DNA of 36,020 nucleotides from Macrostomum lignano (Eukaryota): NCBI GenBank assembly GCA_002269645.1, contig NIVC01000595.1, positions 1 to 36,020 of the forward strand, read 5' to 3'. Shown piece by piece: positions 33,481 to 36,020 of this stretch (position 1 is its first letter; each line of letters starts with the position of its first letter). The notes under the pieces were generated by a model. It saw only the letters and a program-made list of their open reading frames with translations, ran no database searches and was not told where the DNA came from. The position numbers and the translations under genes were made by a program.

Positions 33481-34417
33481 GGTTGCTTTCTTAGCTTTAC
33501 TTGTTGCTATACTCGAGCGTAGTGTTACAGAACTTTGGCAGTCCAGAATTGTGGGCTCGGGCCCCGGTCGGGTTTTTATGGACCATCACCTCTGAGTTCT
33601 TATCGCACCTGCGACCGGTGGCCAACCCCAGCCGACTCAGTTCAAGGTCAAGTGCAGATAAATCTAGTTAAATGCAGATCAAAACCTAAAAATCTGAGTG
33701 CAAGGGGGGGGGGTGAACTTGAAACTTGGGGGGACTGGGGGCAGAGGCTAGCTCTGCCACCAGTGCTTTTCCGTTTGAAATGCGCTAAAAACCAGCTTTC
33801 ACAACAGGAGTCACATGCAAGTTCGAGTTCGTTGCTTATTTCAGCACCCAAGTTTGCTGGTTCTGTCGAACTCTCAGGCTGCAGAGGTGCGGGTTGGGTT
33901 TAATCTGGTCGTTATCTGATTAAATTGAACTTTGCTTTGAACTGGCTGGCTTCTGGGGCAGCTTCAACTTGCTTTTTAACTTGATAGTGTCAATAAGTCA
34001 ACAGGAAATCCAATGTTACTTTGCAAACTCTTTTTCTCTAGTACGTGACGCATGAAAGCATCATGTCGCTCTGCTATTTGGTGGGGCCTAGATCAGAATT
34101 TTGAATTCCCACTAACTGGAACCTGTCAATTATATTCTAGTTTCAGCGATATTAACAGATTTTCCATTGAAATTATTGATAGATGAAAAATAGTCTTTAA
34201 ATCAAAAGAAATCCAACGAACTATCAAGTACGCGGGAACTCAGACATTATCTGTTATTGTGCTCCTATGTGAATTTCTTTTATCTCATTTAAGTCGTCCT
34301 CTGTGCTCGCTTAAAGTAAATGACAAACAATATATCTGCGTGTAAGCTATTTAGCGCACACAGAGGAAATCTTTTAAATTAATCTTAAATTAATCTAGGC
34401 ATTATGCTACACACTTT

Positions 34418-35000
34418 TAGTCTATGGCCAAAAGCATCACTCGAAGAACTGATAGACACTATATGCTAGGCCTAGTTAGTCTATGGCCAAAAAAAGCCTT
34501 AATATAGAAGAACTGAGAGACACTACGTACATGCTAAACTTATATACTCTATGGCCAGAAGCCTCACATGACTAACTGCTAGAAACTTTGTGCTAGATCT
34601 AGTTAGTCTATGGCCAGAAGCCTCACTTAAAGAACTGCTAGAAACTTTGTGCTAGATCTAGTTAGTCTATGGCCAGAAGCCCCACTTGAAGAACTGCTAG
34701 AAATTTTGTGCTAGATCTAGTTAGTCTATGGCCAGAAGCCTCACTTGAAGAACTGCTAGACACTTTTTGCTAGATCTAGTTAGTCTATGGCCAGAAGCTT
34801 CACTTGAAGAACTGCTAGACACTTTTTGCTAGATCTAGTTAGTCTATGGCCAGAAGCCTCACTTGAAGAACTACTAGAAATTTTGTGCTAGATCTAGTTA
34901 GTCTATGGCCAGAAGCCTCACTTGAAGAACTACTAGAAATTTTGTGCTAGATCTAGTTAGTCTATGGCCAGAAGCCTCACTTGAAGAACTGATAGACACT
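34418..35000. repeat. 59-bp minisatellite (TAGTCTATGGCCAGAAGCCTCACTTGAAGAACTGCTAGAAACTTTGTGCTAGATCTAGT), about 10 copies
   Basis: Direct tandem units, more diverged at the left end. Confidence 0.93.
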
Positions 35001-35588
35001 TATATGTCAAAATCGATCTATGCTAGCAGCATGAAATGTGAAGAATATATTTATCAGCTGTGTAACTTATTTTCAGAAGTTATATTTACAAGTTAGTTGA
35101 CTCTACGAGCTTCAATTTACGTCATCGTGTGGACCAAGAAATTTTTGTATAGTTTTCAAAAAAGTTTCTTCTACATTCTTTAAATTCGGTTTAATCTAGA
35201 TAAATTAACTGCACCTCACGAGGCAAACGCGTGCTGCACCGCAAGATTTAATACCCTATACAAGTGTACAGCCCAGTTCTGCCAAAGAGCATTGGAATAA
35301 CACACTTCGAACTTTATATTTAAGTCAACATTTCAATGATCTAATAATCATTTGTTTTAACGTGTAGCGAAAAAAATCAGGATTAAAACTGTACATCGGC
35401 TGCCAGTGCGTTGTTGATGAACGGTAGAGATTTCTTAGAAACTTCCTAGAAATAGCAGAATATTTGTAACTAGCTCGTGTAATATATAAAAATTTTATAA
35501 CATTCAGGTGGGTTGCGGAAGCGAGACGGAACTTTTTTGATTAGTTTTAGCAGCAAAGTTATTTTTGCAGAATCTTTAATTCACTTCA

Positions 35589-36020
35589 GTGCTGGCGTCC
35601 CTGGTGCTAAAGTCCCTGGTGCTAAAGTCCCTGGTGCTAAAGTCCCTGGTGCTAAAAGTCCCTGGTGCTAAAGTCCCTGGTGCTAAAGTCCCTGGTGCTA
35701 AAGTCCCTGGTGCTAAAGTCCTGGTGCTAAAGTCCCTGGTGCTAAAGTCCCTGGTGCTAAAGTCCCTGGTGCTAAAGTCCCTGGTGCTAAAGTCCCTGGT
35801 GCTAAAAGTCCCTGCTCTAAAGTCCCTGGTGCTAAAGTCCCTGGTGCTAAAGTCCCTGGTTAAAGTCCTGGTGCTAAAGTCCCTGGTGCTAAAGCCCATG
35901 GTGCTAAAGTCCCTGGTGCTAAAGTCCCTGGTGCTAAAGTCCCTGGTGCTAAAGTCCTGGTGCTAAAGTCCTGGTGCTAAAGTCCCTGGTGCTAAAGTCC
36001 CTGGTGCTAAAGTCCCTGGT
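35589..36020. repeat. 15-bp minisatellite (CTGGTGCTAAAGTCC), runs off the window end
   Basis: Direct tandem units; explains the LVLKS repeat ORF. Confidence 0.95.

Noticed and set aside
30079-36020. Repeat-derived ORFs (VRSCQMG, LVLKS, FSTRD) and Chi-like reading of CTGGTG
   Set aside because: ORFs are confined to minisatellites; the motif is not GCTGGTGG and Chi has no role in this context.

Overview
Eukaryotic (probably invertebrate) genomic DNA with short GT-AG introns, GC-rich exons and about 50% tandem repeat. The organism cannot be identified from sequence alone. Contents: (1) the 3' three exons of a PP2C phosphatase, heavily frameshifted at the window start; (2) seven minus-strand tRNA-Arg genes (six ACG, one GCG variant with a broken B-box) separated by minisatellite-containing spacers; (3) a tRNA-bounded cassette present twice (3527-~6350 and 18301-~27725), each carrying a three-exon gene missed by the ORF track that encodes a 94-aa secreted 8-Cys three-finger (Ly6/uPAR-type) protein ending exactly at the CN motif; (4) a paralogous three-finger gene with identical exon phases but a 52-aa GPI-type tail (28581-29632); (5) a disrupted signal-peptide + PAN/apple-like exon whose splice donor seeds a 6.4-kb 39-bp satellite that reads as repeated 33-nt intron + 6-nt exon units; (6) a single-exon secreted 6-Cys peptide gene and a four-exon NPC2/ML-domain gene; (7) several more minisatellites, some sharing sequence cores. 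Best candidate system: tRNA-delimited, satellite-studded amplification cassettes carrying anchor-less secreted three-finger proteins next to their membrane-anchored paralog.
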